A DNA stretch of 50,210 bases, filler included, from Sphacelaria rigidula (taxonomy: Eukaryota): the NCBI GenBank assembly GCA_964200075.2. It is 2 parts of 2 records of this genome, joined end to end, with 100 filler letters (N's around TTAATTAATTAA, not from the genome) between each part and the next. Parts side by side here need not be neighbours in the genome. Positions count along the whole stretch, not along the records: positions 1 to 25,062 come from CAXNAA020000181.1; positions 25,163 to 50,210 come from CAXNAA020000182.1. The stretch is one strand, 5' to 3'. Position numbers and translations under genes: made by a program. The notes under the pieces were generated by a model, which made no database searches, had not been told where the DNA came from, and saw nothing but the letters and a program-made list of their open reading frames with translations. This document shows, piece by piece, positions 23,721 through 37,553 of this stretch. Numbering within the stretch: the stretch's first letter is position 1; each line of letters starts with the position of its first letter.

Positions 23721-25062
23721 CTGCGTCACACAATTACCACAAAGAAACCGCATGCCAAAAAATGTCAACAAGAGTGAAAGTGATTATGCAAAAAATAAGT
23801 TTATAGTTCAGAGTTTCAAACCGGCACTACCGTGTTACACGTCTCTTCATGTTTTTTTTTTCTTCAGTTATCCATGTCCTTACACCGGCTCTATCCGATA
23901 TTTTCGCCTACTCCGGGCGGTTCACAAATCATGGGTAAAGCTGTACGCGGTGTTTTCGAGACAACTTATCTATTTTGGAACAACAGAACGTTGGCTAACG
24001 GAGTTTCCCTCTGGTTGAACATCGTCAAGTTGCCGCTCGGGAGAATGGTAATCCTGTTCGAGGTATTGCGGAAGAGGGTCGGGACATTTTCACGGACGGG
24101 CAAGTTGGTTCATGCCCGCGAAACGACTCGGGGTTGCTGAGTTGATGAGTTGAATTTTGCCGCCAGGGCAAAAACTGGTTATGTGATCGCTTGCCGGTCA
24201 CCTCCACAGCCTTGGAATAAAAGAAAATGTAAACAGATGCTTACATCTCGGGCCAGTATCCGCGCCCAGAATACTAGTACCAGGCCCAAGGATCGGAACC
24301 CGCGTGAACCACCCGCTAGTGCAGCATAGGTGACAAGCGAAGTCCACCGACATACACGGCCTAGCAGATTTTGTCTCCTTTCCACCCTCACTGCATTTGG
24401 AGATTGTTTCGCTCGTCGTCAATCTCGGGCGTGATGGTTATACTGAAGAAAATGATCATCCTTAAGGTATACCCGAGGACTTTTGGGACATTTTCAGGTG
24501 CACTATTGGGTAGTACACGATTCACCCTGACTACGCCACCCCATGGGTCGACAGTAAGGGATGCCTGCAGGCGACCGCAAACCCTGCGGGTTTACCCGAA
24601 ATTGGATTATTCTCCCCCCCCCTCCCCAAGCCTGGTCGCCCAAGCCTGGTCCTTCATGGTATGACACCCATGAGGTAGTGTGGAACCCATGGCTGTCTCT
24701 GGAAGTGGCGACACCAGAAATTGAAGCAACTAGTCGGAGGTTGCCGTCCATATGCAAGATAATCAGTAGGCTTCGGGCCGAACAATCTTGGTAGGATGCT
24801 GCTCACCCTTTATGCGACTTACCGAACACATCACGGCGCTTGGCGCTTGGTAATTGATTGCTAGCCTGGTCCGGCAAAAACCCGGCATACTCCGCCCTGG
24901 CTTTGTAGGGATGCGAGGTCAATGGTCTCATGACTACGGCATGTAACATCATGAGTACACCCCCCCCCCCCTCAAAGTCCAAGTCTGTGGTGACGCACCC
25001 ATGAGGTAGTGTATAAGCCGTGGCTGTCTCTGGAAGTGGCGATACCACAAAATGAAGCAACT

Positions 25063-25162
25063 NNNNNNNNNNNNNNNNNNNNNNNNNNNNNNNNNNNNNN
25101 NNNNNNTTAATTAATTAANNNNNNNNNNNNNNNNNNNNNNNNNNNNNNNNNNNNNNNNNNNN
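25063..25162. other. Assembly gap with artificial TTAATTAATTAA contig linker
   Basis: N-run + TTAATTAATTAA (stops in all six frames) + N-run. Further 10-N gaps lie at ~6527 and ~41493. Confidence 0.9.
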
Positions 25163-25246
25163 GGTGGCTCAGTTGGTAACCTCGGAACCTTCTGACGGCT
25201 GGGTTGTGGGTACAAATCTCGGAGCGATCTGGGATTTTTTCCCTCA
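25163..25246 (+). mobile_element. 5' (tRNA-like) head of a SINE copy split by the TIR element
   Basis: GGTGGCTCAGTTGGTAACCTCGGAACCTTCTGACGGCTG..GAGCGATCTGGGATTTTTTCCCTCA is homologous to the head of the 26150 copy. It begins at an N gap. Confidence 0.75.
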
Positions 25247-25799
25247 CAGTTATGGGCGCGCCTGACCCCCCAAAATGAGCAAAAAGAAGTGTCACCGACC
25301 AGGAGAACTAACGGAGCGCAAACCTTTTTCATCCCCTGATCATGCACGCCGTAAAATCACCCAAAGCACTTCCGATTTGAGTGGGGTTTCCATTAAACCG
25401 TTCTGAATTTTCCTCGTCCCAAAGTACGAACGACGGCGTGGCTCGGCTACTGACCGACGTGTATTTGTGAAAGCTACAATGTTGCTGCTCAGTTTGGCGA
25501 AAGAAGTGATGGCGATCGAAAAAATCGACAAAAAAAACTATTTTTCTTCCGCTGAATTCGTTATTTTACTCGGTCCCTGGCGAGTGGAAAAATTTCAAGC
25601 GACAAAGTTGTAGCAGTGGTGCACAGATGATGCAAAAATTTGTTTCCCAATCGATGGTCTTGGTTAGGAGTTTTTTCCGATACAGATTGGGCTATGAGCG
25701 CAAACAAGCGCCTTCAGCCCTCGCCAGTTTCCACAACACGCGAAAACCTCACCCCTGTCCAACGGCCTCAGAATAGATGACACTCATGAATGACTCTTT

Positions 25800-26150
25800 A
25801 TAGTGTTGTCGTCCCATTTATTCTGGGCACCAGTCTATACCTTTCGGTATATGTGGGCGCATCAGCCGGGGTCACGCAGGAGGAAGGTCAACACAGGAGC
25901 TTTCTCTTTTTTATTTGATTTTAATACCCCACCTTCTTTCTGCGGTGCTTGCCTCGTTACTTTTTATCGCGAGAGGGGTTCAGCAGTGCCTTTCCCTCGT
26001 CGACCGTTAAGTCGAATTTTGTGTACTCACGACATAGGCGCTCTCCACTATTGGGCATGAGAAGGAATTTCACATCGCTCTGGGAATCGAACCCCACTAC
26101 TCAGCCGTCAGAGGGTTACGAGGTTACCAAATAAGCCACCGGGGCGACCA
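25800..26150 (-). mobile_element. tRNA-derived SINE-like element (uninterrupted copy)
   Basis: Minus-strand head TGGTCGCCCCGGTGGCTTATTTGGTAA (A box) ... GGTTCGATTCC (B box). The body is homologous to 37554-37700. The 3' boundary is approximate. Confidence 0.75.
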
Positions 26151-27493
26151 GTTTACTATAGTGCAGATGGTTTATACATTGGATATGTGGAGTGTTCGAC
26201 AGGTGTAGAATTTGAACCCTTGACCGAACCCCCAGAAGCAAGAATCATCTTCGCGACCTCGCAGCAGCGAAGAGAACAAATGATAACACTAATCCTAGCC
26301 CGAAACACGACGAAGTCATACTGAGAACCCTTGGGCAAGGGGGATGCAACGTGTCCCCTAGGCGAGGGGTGGGTTGCCAGACCTCAAATCGGCGCCAATT
26401 TCGACAAAAAAGCGTTTTGGGCACGCTAGGAGCATGCTAGGAACATAGCCCCCATGAAAATACGGATTTCGGCTTCCACACCAAGATCAAGATGGACCAA
26501 CTTACCCTCCCGAATGGTGAACTATACTGCGTCAAGCAACAAAAATGACAGCATAAAATCGTCGGCCCACTTTCGCTGAAGCCTCATGGCACCAAAGCCC
26601 CACTTATGTATTTCGGTGGACCCACCCGTCTCAAGACACTCGTCTGTTGTATCGGCACTGGTGGGTGACGGACGACGGTTTGCTTTCATTCCCTCTTGGA
26701 ACACAATATCTTTGGAGTCGGATCGAGACCGCGAGGGCAGTGCATCTGGACCATGCATATATTTTTTTCACGTGAAATTTGATGCCGATTCAGCAGGTGA
26801 CCAACCCTCGCGGTCAAAGGCTTAATATAATACATTATTCATGAAATGAAAAGCCATGCCCACGGAACAACGAATACATTTGCACAAGGCGAGCCATTTA
26901 TCCGCCAAAAATTGTGAAACGATGGCATCCGACAAATTAAAATCAGGCTCCTCAAAACATGACAAGGTGGTCGACCGACATCCACCCAGCCCATATCACA
27001 CACCCAGTGACCATTTATACTCCCCTCGTGTGTGTAAGGGCCGTCCTCGTTGAAGCTCATCAGTACACATGGTTCTGTCGCATGTCGAGCACATGATGTT
27101 GGCCCAATTTCGATCTGCCTCTCTCCCCCAAAATGGTTCAGCGTTTTGGTTTCAGTTACCGGCATTGGGCTACAAATGTTCATCGTTGATATTACTTGAT
27201 TTGATTGCCTACAACGAGAATCGGAATTTTAGTAGGGTTGACAGTCCCGTGTGCTCCTCGGGTGCTCAAAACGTGTTTTCGTTAAAATCGGCGCCACGAG
27301 CGCCGATTTGGGGTCTACCAAGTCTCACGTTGTTCAGGGAATATATATATATCGCCCTTGCCCGAGTTATCGGTGTGCGTTGGGTTCGGTCAACACAACT
27401 AGCCTCCTTGTATTCCAGCGTATCGCAAGCGCGGACGAAAAGCGACGCAGTGGCATGCAATGTATGAGGAACGACAGAAATAACGGTAAGGTT

Positions 27494-27997
27494 TGTGGGT
27501 TCCAGTTTTGCAAACCCAACATGCCTCAAAGTTCTATGTAGAACCAGACCTGCAGGTCTTGTCAGTTGGAAACTTCTAGCCACGAGGAAGGTTCCTCGGG
27601 TGTCGCACACACCGCTCTAAGGAGACTTGTCGAACTGTCCGTGTACCTTGGAAGCCACGGGGCAATGTGTACGCTCCAAGCTCTAAGCCAACGCACACGA
27701 TGCCATCAAGCTCACATCCTGTGAGCTTGACTGTGCACCCCACCACAGGCATATTATGTGAGCTTGACTGGGTTGTGGCCTGTCTCTTGTCCGATATACG
27801 GTGCGAGTCTGTACTGCTCGCCCCGTCTCTCACTTTATTTCCCAGTCTAGCTCTTGGATCTTCACCGTCAACTCTCCTGACCATTGTCCTGTCCTCAACG
27901 CACCGTCAAAGCTTAATCGACAGAGCACTCTGCTGTCTCAGAGAAGCGAGGGCTCAAAAACCTCTGGCGGTATTCTACTGTTGTGTACTAATCCATA
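27494..27997 (+). repeat. 5' LTR (504 bp)
   Basis: Aligns by eye with 35842-36264 plus 37291-37366, with many substitutions. Confidence 0.9.
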
Positions 27998-28064
27998 TTG
28001 GCATCGACGCTTACTTTTAACCGAACCTGTCTGTCACACACACACGTAGACTGCGTTTGAAATA

Positions 28065-31000
28065 ATGGCAGAGCCAGGAGCACCATCCGAGCCCGACAAC
28101 GCCCAGCACCATCCTGGTCCTCACGAAGAGGAAGAAAACGAAGACAACACTCACTCTTTTCCACCACTTTTCCGGGACGGCGACAACCGCGACCGAGACT
28201 TATATGAAGCGATCGCGCGAGCGAACCCTGAGCTGGACCCCTCGCGCCAAACGCTCCAGCCGACAATGGCGAAAATGCAGAAAACGCTAAACGACCTGCT
28301 TGATTCCATACAGCCGGGATAAGACCTACCCGAATGGGGGGTTACATTCATGACCACGTTGGTGAGACTTCCTAACCTCAGTAATGGTACGAGTTCTAGT
28401 GTCATGTCAGAGCGTGACTCATCCACAGGAGCTGTGACTCAACAAACGTCGCCTGCTGATATGTTGTCCGAGCAAAAAACTATCATTCTTACTCACGCCG
28501 ATGGAAAACGCTTACCCCGTCTGTCCGGTAGCGTTGATATCGGGAGTTCGGGTGATGTCGATGTTCAATCTGTATTGACACAGTACAGAACTGTGGCAGG
28601 GTTCCGTGCCGAATCTGTCCGCCCGAACGATCCAACGTACGGCGATGAACTCCCTTTCGAGTTTTCAGTTTGATACTTGATGACCCTGCTGCTACCATTT
28701 ATCAACAACTCAAGTCCGGCTGTATAAACTGGCAAGCATCAGTAGTCACCACCGAATCGTCCGATGAAGCGGGATCATTCACCCCTCACGCCAACTGGAA
28801 GGAACTGTCCAACGCTGTTCTAGATCTGTCAACGCCTAGGAACAGTGTCGAAGAGTGTGCTCTCCGTCTTGCTAAGTTCAAAAGGGAAAACATGAGCGTA
28901 CAAAATTACGCTCTCCGTTTCCGCTCTGTCCTCTCACGATTTGAGAATTCTGTCGAACGAGCAACCCCCAGTCGTACGCCGTGGGCCGCACTGTCAGTTG
29001 CCTTGTGGCAGAATCGCCTTGCCCCTGCCATCTAATGTCTTCAGTTGTCTGAAAAGACGGTCACTTCATTTCGAGAAGCTGTCGACCGTGCTCGACGCCA
29101 TGAGACTGCTATAGCCTTGTCGGCGGCGTCATATCAACTGCCATGTCATTCACATACATCTCAACCCGTGCCGCTGTCTTACAACAACAGTTTGCTGGGA
29201 AAGGCCATCGCCTCCCAAACACAAATCACGTTTCACGCCATACGGCACAGGAGGGTCAGTCAGGCACAACCACCCAGCAGAAGTGTCGTCATGGCAAAGG
29301 CCGCAGTCGCCCCGTCTACACTTGAGGGCCTTGCAATAAAACAGAAGGCCATACGTATGCGTGATTTCGACGTTCCTTCTCCGGAAGTTGTCAGTGATGC
29401 TTCGCTCCCACCAGCATGCAGCTCGCGCAAGCGACACACGCCTTCAGAGCAAACCATTTCCGCTGTGTCTAGTTGAGCTGAGCCTGTCTCTACTTTATCT
29501 AAACCTGTCTCTAGTATAGTTGCGTCTAGTTTAGCTGAGCCTGTTGATTGCACGCCACGACCTAGCTGTGAGCACTTGTGTTTGGAGAAAAATGGTGTTA
29601 CGCTCATTAACAAAGATGAAGTGTGGTACAGCTCCTCGCTGGCACACAAACCCCCATTTATCTCTCTCTCTTTTTCATCCCGCCGTGTCCGTGTTACCGG
29701 ACTCGTCGATTACTGTCATGTCGATAACGGACTATCGACACTGCTACCGACGTGTCTGTTGTGTCATTGGAGTGGTTAAAATCCCACCCCCACATTACGG
29801 AATGTTCCGCTAAGATCTGTCCCACCGGCCGCTGTTGCTCTACAAGTAGCGAATGGTTCACATATTCATGTCTTGGGATTTATGGAGTTTTCTCTGACCT
29901 TGGGCGGAACTACCTGCACTATCACTACACTCGTAGTTCCATCACTCGGACCCTTTTCTATCCTCTTGGATAAACAAGTCATGTCTGAGTTTGGTGAGGT
30001 ATTTGATTGGGAAAACCAATCTCTGTCTTTTCCTTCCACGCGCATTTCAATCCCAGCTGTCCATCGAAAAAACTCTTATGCCATGCAACATACTCATGCT
30101 TGCTCTACAGCACCAGATAACTCTCCAATGTCCGTTGCAGCTGTTCACAGTGACGCGGAAAACATTCCCGTCACACTGTACGAGCGTGTCGATTTGAATC
30201 AGATGCACGAAGCGCTTGCTGTAGCGTGCACCGATCGTCTTCCGCCGCAAGACTGTACTGTCATTGAAGAACCTCGGATAGTAACCGCAGAAGAACTGAC
30301 GGACGATCCGAGTCTTGCAGCGTTTAGTAAAATCACTGTCGCACGCATCTTGTCCACTTCGAAAGCATCTGATGGATCAGTAGCGATGCAAATCGCAAAT
30401 CCATTCTCAGATGGCGTCGCCCTACCTGCTGTTTCATGTCTTGGTCACCTGCCGACAGTTCAGTCGTATCTCCAGACCAACTTCATGTCAACGCCGTTGC
30501 GAATACTCCTCAATCACCAGAAGAACTCAGTCGCGCACTATCTGAGGTTGAAGGTCCTTTGCTCAACGCGTTCAAGAAAACTACGTTGACCCCTGACCAA
30601 CAAGCATATGTCCAAGATCTATGCGCTAAATTTCGGCCCGTCTTCTCCTTGTCCACGTCCGAAATAGGTCGCTGCATCATTGCGGGAGTAACCTTCCCTG
30701 TCCCAGCAGATACACGACCGATAGATAGGCCGCCGTACCGCCCAAATCCGCGTACATCTGAAGTCATTGACAAATGCGTTAATGATATGCTTAACTGGGA
30801 CATCATAAAAGTACTGCCAAGCCCTTAGAGTGGTTCATGCACTGTTGTTGCTAAGCGCAATGGCAGTTCACGCTTCTGCGCCGATTACCACCATACCCTC
30901 AACCGCCACATTGTCCGTAAGAGTTGGCCTATGCCAAATCTTGAATCCTGCATGGACGCAGTCGGTGAAGCTCGGTTCATGTCAGTCTGCGATATCCTCA

Positions 31001-33874
31001 GCGCGTTCTGGCAGATCCCGGTGGCAGAGGACCACGTCGACCGCACAGCATCCGTCACCTCAACCGGCAAGTACTGTTTAAAGCATATGCCGTTTGGAGT
31101 TTGTAACGCGGCTTGACTTTTTCAGCAAATCATGTCTATTGCCCTCCGTCACCTCGGTCCAAGTTCTGGTGTTCTTGCGTATATGGATGATTTGATCTGT
31201 ATCAGCTCCACATTCGAAGCTCACCTCCAATCTTTAGAGATAAGGTTTTCAGCTCTACAGGCAGCTGGCTAAACACTGAAACCATCGAAAGTTCAGCTCG
31301 GCCAGACGAAAATTGAATATCTCGGCCACGTCATTTCCGCAAAAGGCATTTCTGCCAGTACCGAGCGCATCGAAGCTAATCAAAAGCTGCCAGCGCCTAC
31401 ATGCATCGAAGACTTGAGATCGGTCTTAGGCATGCTCAATTTTGTCCGGCGTTTTGTGCAAAATTATGCTGAATTCACAGTCCCACATGTCGATCTCACT
31501 CGAAGAGACTTTGTCCTCAAAAGTATTGCGAGTCCGCGTGGGGTCCTGACCAACACGCAGCCTTTGCGAAAATCAAGCAAGTGTTAGCCTCGACTCCTGT
31601 CCTACACTTTCCTGATTTCTCGAGAGAGTTCGCAGTTCACACTGATTTCTCAGAGCATGTAATAAGAGCTTTTTGGCTTAGCCGAGCAAAGATAGTGTCG
31701 ACGGGAAAGAGTTCGATATTGTGGCGTATTACAGCAAACGCTTTTTAAACAGCCAACGCCATTATAGCCCAACAATGAAGGAGTTTCTTGCAGCTGTCTC
31801 GTCTTTTGTCCACTGGAGGCCTTATTTATGGGGCCGCCATTTTACCAGTCACACCGATCACCAGGCTCTAACCTACCTGTCCCACATGCAAGATACCTCC
31901 AACATGTTAACCCGCTGGGCAATCGTACTCCAAAATTACGATTTCACCGTCAAACATGTCCCGGGTAAACAAAACGTTGTGCCCGATACACTGTGTCGTC
32001 TTTTTGGGGGAGTCAACGGCGAAAAAAACTTGCGAACCCGGATTAGCGGCAATCTGTCGAAACGTCCCAGAAAATCAAATATTTCACCCATCCGCTCCTT
32101 GTGAATACGAAGTGTCCGCCTACAACTTAGACGAGATAGCACCTGTCGAAAGTGATGGTGAATTGTTTACGAACGCGGTTTTTGTCTTTCCTGTTGTCGT
32201 TTATGTCAAACTACTCGACCACCAAAAGCAGGAATTCAGTCAATTGTTGACTACCTTGCTTCTCTTCAGTGAACTCCTGCCACGCCTCAGCAATCGAAAT
32301 CCAGTATGAGTAACTTTTCCCTCTACGGTGGATGATTTTATCGTTCTTACCCCCCTAGTCACTTACGCAGGCGCGATGAATTTCGCGATCAGGTAGTAGT
32401 GCCCGAGTCATTGCGGAAACTTGTCATAACTGCATGTCACGACCTACCTTCCGGAGGTCACTTAGTCTACAAAGCTACTTTCGACAAAGTCCGTGATCGA
32501 TACTGGTGGCCCGCAATGCATACCAATGTGGAACATCATGTCAACAGCTGTGAATCCTGTCAGCATCGGAAAACCTCTCATCGTCCGCCCACTTCACCTG
32601 TCGGGCACCGTCCTATCGAGCGCCCATTCCAATGGGTACCAGTAGATCTAGTTGAGTATAAAACTATGTCCGAAGGCAATCGCTTCATCCTATCTGTGAT
32701 CGATCACCTTACTAGATTTGTCGTCTTTATAGCCATCAAGAACAAAGACCCTACAACTGTCGTCCGGAAACTTGTCGAACGTGCCTTTCCAGTATCCGGA
32801 CCACCTGAGACACTACATTCAGACCAGGAACCGGAGTTTGAAAACCAGCTAGTGAAAAAATTGCAGTCAGTCTTTGGGTATAAGAAAACATGTACCGCTG
32901 CGTACCGCCCGCAAGGAAATTCTGTCTTGGAGATGTCCACAGCACTGTCCACAATATGTTGGCCATGTACAGCAACCTCGCATGTGATAACTGGGCCAGT
33001 TTGCGACCTTTTGTCCAATTAGCGCATAATACAGCGCATTGATCAACGCTTGATGAAACCTCTCACTATTCCATGTTTGGCCGCGGAGCCGTACTGCCTG
33101 CCGATCTCATTCTCGGAGCACCAGCCACAATTGCACCACAATCCCGTCTTGACTACTCCCGTCAAACTGTCCACACCTTGCAACGAGTTTGACCGTCGCA
33201 ATCTTGAAAAGCGAGCGGATAAGCAAGCGGGTGAGAATGAGAAGCCGTTGTTCCCCAGTTTCAAACCGGGCGATCAAGTGGTGATCCACCGTCCGTATCA
33301 TGAGACTGATGGATCCAACCCTAAGTTGAACAGCCCATGGCATGACCCATATTCTGTTCGTACCCAATTGTCACCGGTCACCTACCGAGTCAGTAACCTA
33401 CGTGATCCCGCAGAAATCATTGTCTATCTTGGTCGCATGAAAAAGTACAATGTCCCAACGTCACCACCTGTGCCCGACCTTGAAGCGCTCGACGTTCTGT
33501 GCTTAGGAACGACCAGATCTTGATGGTTCAGTGCACAAGGTTATGTTGGGACCCTATGTCGTGGAGTATATTGATGGTGATAAACCGGGGGTACGAGCCG
33601 GTTCACCGGATAATTTCCAGTACCATCTCAATGTCAAGGATTCGCCTCCTCAACGGGGAAGATGGCGTCACCAGCCCCCATTCCCCAATGTCATGAGATG
33701 ATAAAATCCTACTGCGCTGCAATTTTGTCGAAGGATCCGAGAGCGTTTGATCCTCCACGGCGAGAAGCTCGTGAAGATTCTGCCGTTGTCGAATATCCTA
33801 ATCTTGGGTCTGTCCGCGAACATCGATATTGGTCAAATACAGCATGCATGCACTGTCTGTCTGCATCAGTGTAG
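28065..33874 (+). pseudogene. Disrupted gag-pol of the Gypsy element
   Basis: Gag-like fragments 28065-29476. RT motifs RFCADY, SAFWQIPV, MPFGVCNA and YMDD (~31180). RNase H AYYSK..HYS..E.LA..HTDHQAL..RWAIVLQNYDF. Integrase HHCC (CHDLPSGGH..CESCQ), VPVDLV, IDHLTRF, LHSDQEPEF, a GPY/F-like WHDPY, and a possible chromodomain remnant at ~33550-33720. Many in-frame stops and frameshifts. Confidence 0.92.
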
Positions 33875-35841
33875 TAACCACTGATGCCAGCCCAAAGCTA
33901 AATGTACCATCATCCGTCAGACATATGTAAATGTATATATCTACTGTCTAGGTCATTGAACCGACATGGCTTGTCTAGTGCGAAGTACCGCGCACGCGTT
34001 GAGATGTCGCCGGAAAAACGTTTCCTGGACGACGTACATGTCACGATATTTGTGAACATCGACAGCACGTATAACAATAAACTGTCCGTGGATTATAGTC
34101 CCACCATACCGCCCGATTCAACATCTCGTATACTATATACGCAAGACACTAGCACGGTCTACAAGAAGATATGCTAATTCGCAGAGAGGTGCAAGGGGGG
34201 TTGATAGTCAAACGATTATCACCAGGTGAACTTAGTTCCCAAGCGTTTTATTTTCCTCCATGAGAACACACGAGTCGCATAGTATTACCGGGTATGTTGG
34301 GACTAGATTGAGTTTTGACAACCATTGTCAGTCAAAACACACCCTACAATACATACTGTACGTGTTACACGGCTGTTATTTGTATATTGTCCCATTAATT
34401 GTGCATGCACATCGCTCACAGCAATGCACTGCACTTCTCAAAATTGTCAGCCATGATTGTCTACGCCGGTAACCGTTGAAAAACAAATAACACCCGGTTG
34501 TTGTCGGTGCCACAAATAGCAAATTGTTGTGGCCACACTGCTATTCAGCTGCTTTATGATATTATTAAACTTCCACTGTCCTACAAGATAAGCCCGTTTG
34601 GACGTTATGCCGCATTTCTCGTACATATTTCCAGCTTTTCCCAAGCGTTTTTTTGTTGTCCTCGTGAAGTTTTGGAGCAGAACTCAAAACCGAGGCTTTT
34701 GCCGAGCCCCAAATAGACAAGCAGCTACACTCACCGCGATCCGAGTGTGTCGGTCGTACACAACCGGACTCTACCGGTTGACAGCCTTCCTATCGATAGT
34801 TGGAGAAATTATTTTTTTCATGGTTCCCGAGGCCTTTCGGAGAACCGCCCGAAACCGTCATTTTCCAGTCTGCCGCCACCACAGCACTATTTGAGTTCGC
34901 AGCAGTCCGTACATACCAGATTCGGGGGTATACACGCCCATCCCGGGGACACCATCATGTTGTCCCCGGGTCTGGAGGGTCTTCTTGTTCTCACGCATGT
35001 CCCCAACACCTCGAAACACACTGCCGTGGCTCTGAGCATGTTCTTCGTACCCCCCGTATCGCACATTGAGCCGAAGTTCCGCCAAAACTCTGGCTCTCCT
35101 TCGGAAAATCTCACGACATAAGCCCACTTTGGGATTTTTTCACGCCGGGGATGATAACATGTGATACCCTGGGGCTATTAATATTTCATATTTTTTACAT
35201 GGTGGCAACCATATGTGGAAGACATGTTGGAGATCCGTATGTCGAAAACAACTGTTTTGGGTACATTATTGCAACATTTCACCACGGGTTTTTCCAATGA
35301 GATTTCCCAAACGGGCTCATCTTTTGGGACAGAGGAAGTATATGGTACATGTGTCAGGACCCGTCAACATGATCAATATTTTAAGTTCATGTTTAATGCG
35401 CATTTTTTACTATTTTCTCATGCCCAAATGCTAGTTTTCGGTCCTGCAGGTCGCAGTTGCAACACATGATGTCGGACCATGTTTTGTCTCGTTCGAGTCT
35501 TGACAACCAATCGTTGATAGACTGAACGAAAGTCCAGAATGTGTGTACTGTGTTGGAAGCTAGTCTGTCCTGTCTTCACTCAAATTCTGTCGATCCTGAC
35601 CTTCTATTATTGATACGAAATCGAATTAGTACATGTTTTATTGTCAATCGTTACTCATGCGATCAAAATACTTAGTTTGCACGTCTTCTGTCATCCTGTG
35701 CAAATACACCTGAGTGTTGTGAGTGAGCACGCCGGATGTAAAGTATGTCTCGAAGAATATTGGATATCCGCATAACTGCGATCCACTATCGTTTCGTTTT
35801 GACGGAGTGAGAGCCCCAACACCGTCATAACTGGGAGGTGA

Positions 35842-37366
35842 TGTGGGTCCAAGTTTTGCGAACCCAACATGCCGCAATGTTCTACATGGAACCAGACCTG
35901 CAGGTCTTGTCCATAGGAAACTTATAGCAACGAGGAAGGTTCCTCGGGTGTCGGATACACCGCTCTAAGGAGACTTGTCAAGCTGTCCGTATACCTTGAA
36001 AGCCACGGAGCAATGTGTACGCTCCAAGCTCCAAGCCAACGCGCACGACGCCATGAAGCTCACATCCTGCGAGCTTGACTGTGCACCACACCACAGGCAT
36101 ATTATGTGAGCTTGACTGGGTTGTGGCCTGTCTCTTGTCCGCGACACGGTGCGGGTCTGTACTGCTCGCCCCGTCTCTCACTTAATTTCCCTGTCCACCT
36201 CTGGGATCTTCACTGTCAGCTCTCTGAAGCATCGTCCTGTCCTCAACGCACCGTCAAAGCTTAACCCTTTTGGGACCGACCCCCCACTAACACAGGGTCA
36301 ACCCTGTGTTGGTGAAATAATAAAAATAAGTCAGGAAGCGACCTGCCCAATCACGGTGGGGCGAAATTTATCGACCAGACCCGAACGACCAGCGCGGGGG
36401 TTGTTGGCGAGTGTGATGCCACCGCAGAGATCGTGTGGGGTCCCTATCCCTGGCCCAGATGAGCCTTCCCAGGTTTCCAAGAGCAGTGCGGTCGGAACAT
36501 GGTGATATGATATTACTTGCACTCGGTACGGCGTTCCCGAGTTTTCCGGTGGGTTTTTCGGGCCACGATTTCATACTAAAACGCAGTAGTTACACAGGGT
36601 TGCTCGGAAAACCCGAGAAAGAATGAACATGCTACAATGTGGTCATTTTCACGAGGCACTAAACCCAGGTGAGCCGTGGAAAGACAAAGTGAACTACCGT
36701 CATGAATTCTGCGTATCCCTTTGCCGATGACTTGCAGGGTGCAGTCAACATGTATGTAGTCGGCGGGGATGAAGAAGCGGTATATAGACAGTTGATCTCG
36801 GTAGCTACGAATTGCCCCGAACGTGCAAGGGAGTATGCAGCGGCAGCTGCTACTTCAGTCGGAGGCGTAATACACTGTACTGTACTACACTGTTGTATGC
36901 ATGCGCGCCGCAACGCTGATACCCGTCGAAAAGAATTTGCCGCATGCAACAGAGGGAAAAATGACGGCCCGCCCCGACCACGAAGGGCTGTGTGGCGAGG
37001 TGATGGGGACAAGAGTATCATCCAAAGCCACAAGTGGCGGGCGGCTCGCCGGTCGCCGCATCCTGTTCGAAGCTCTCTACCGCGACCCATACTGCTTGCT
37101 ACATCAGAAGTACACCACCTAATGCGCACCCTGCACCTGAAAATAGATTGGATGAAACTTTCGATTTTCGCCATGATCCTGCAGCTACATACGCGGATTT
37201 TCAGCAACACACCACTGTTTCGTGCATACGCCAGACACGTCATTCCTCATCAGGCTCATTGGTCGTTCTGGAGGCCCGGTCTCGAAAGGGTTAGCACTCT
37301 GCTATCTCAGAGAGGCGAGGTCTCATAACCCTTTGGCGGTATTCTACCGTCATGTACTAAACCATA
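35842..37366 (+). repeat. 3' LTR interrupted by a piggyBac-like insertion
   Basis: Homology to the 5' LTR stops at GCTTAA (36264) and resumes at AGCACTCTGCT (~37293). Confidence 0.88.
36265..37290. mobile_element. Non-autonomous piggyBac-like element (1.0 kb)
   Basis: TTAA|CCCTTTTGGGACCG ... CGGTCTCGAAAGGG|TTAG. Inserted at the LTR's TTAA; the right TSD is damaged by a small adjacent deletion relative to the 5' LTR. Confidence 0.85.
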
Positions 37367-37553
37367 GGTTCTGATTTTGAGATGCAGTCCACTTTTTCTC
37401 GTTTTAGTTTTAGATCCATGCCGCTCGCTTCCGATGACGTCAGGCACATTTTTTCCCACGACCCTGGAATAACTCCAGAAGTCGGTCTGTTCGCGATCTT
37501 GGTCGGTGACACCTTTTTTGCCCGTTTTGGGGGGTCAGGCACGCCCATAACAG

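Larger units (their letters stand above)
27494..37366 (+). mobile_element. Full-length, degenerate Ty3/Gypsy LTR retrotransposon
   Basis: 5' LTR 27494-27997 and 3' LTR 35842-37366, both TGTGG..CCATA. 4-bp TSD GGTT (27490-27493 and 37367-37370). PBS-like TGGCATCGACGC at 27999. Purine-rich GGGAGGTGA precedes the 3' LTR. Internal order is gag-PR-RT-RNaseH-INT. Confidence 0.92.

Noticed and set aside
24662-25062. ~70-bp direct repeat (24662-24731 / ~24990-25062) as a CRISPR-like or regulatory array
   Set aside because: Only two diverged copies next to a gap, in a eukaryotic TE-rich context; probably repeat-element fragments.
25107-25118. TTAATTAATTAA palindrome between N runs
   Set aside because: Artificial six-frame-stop contig linker, not biological.
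25163-25240. tRNA gene
   Set aside because: It has A/B-box-like motifs, but no convincing cloverleaf, and it continues into a repeated SINE body.
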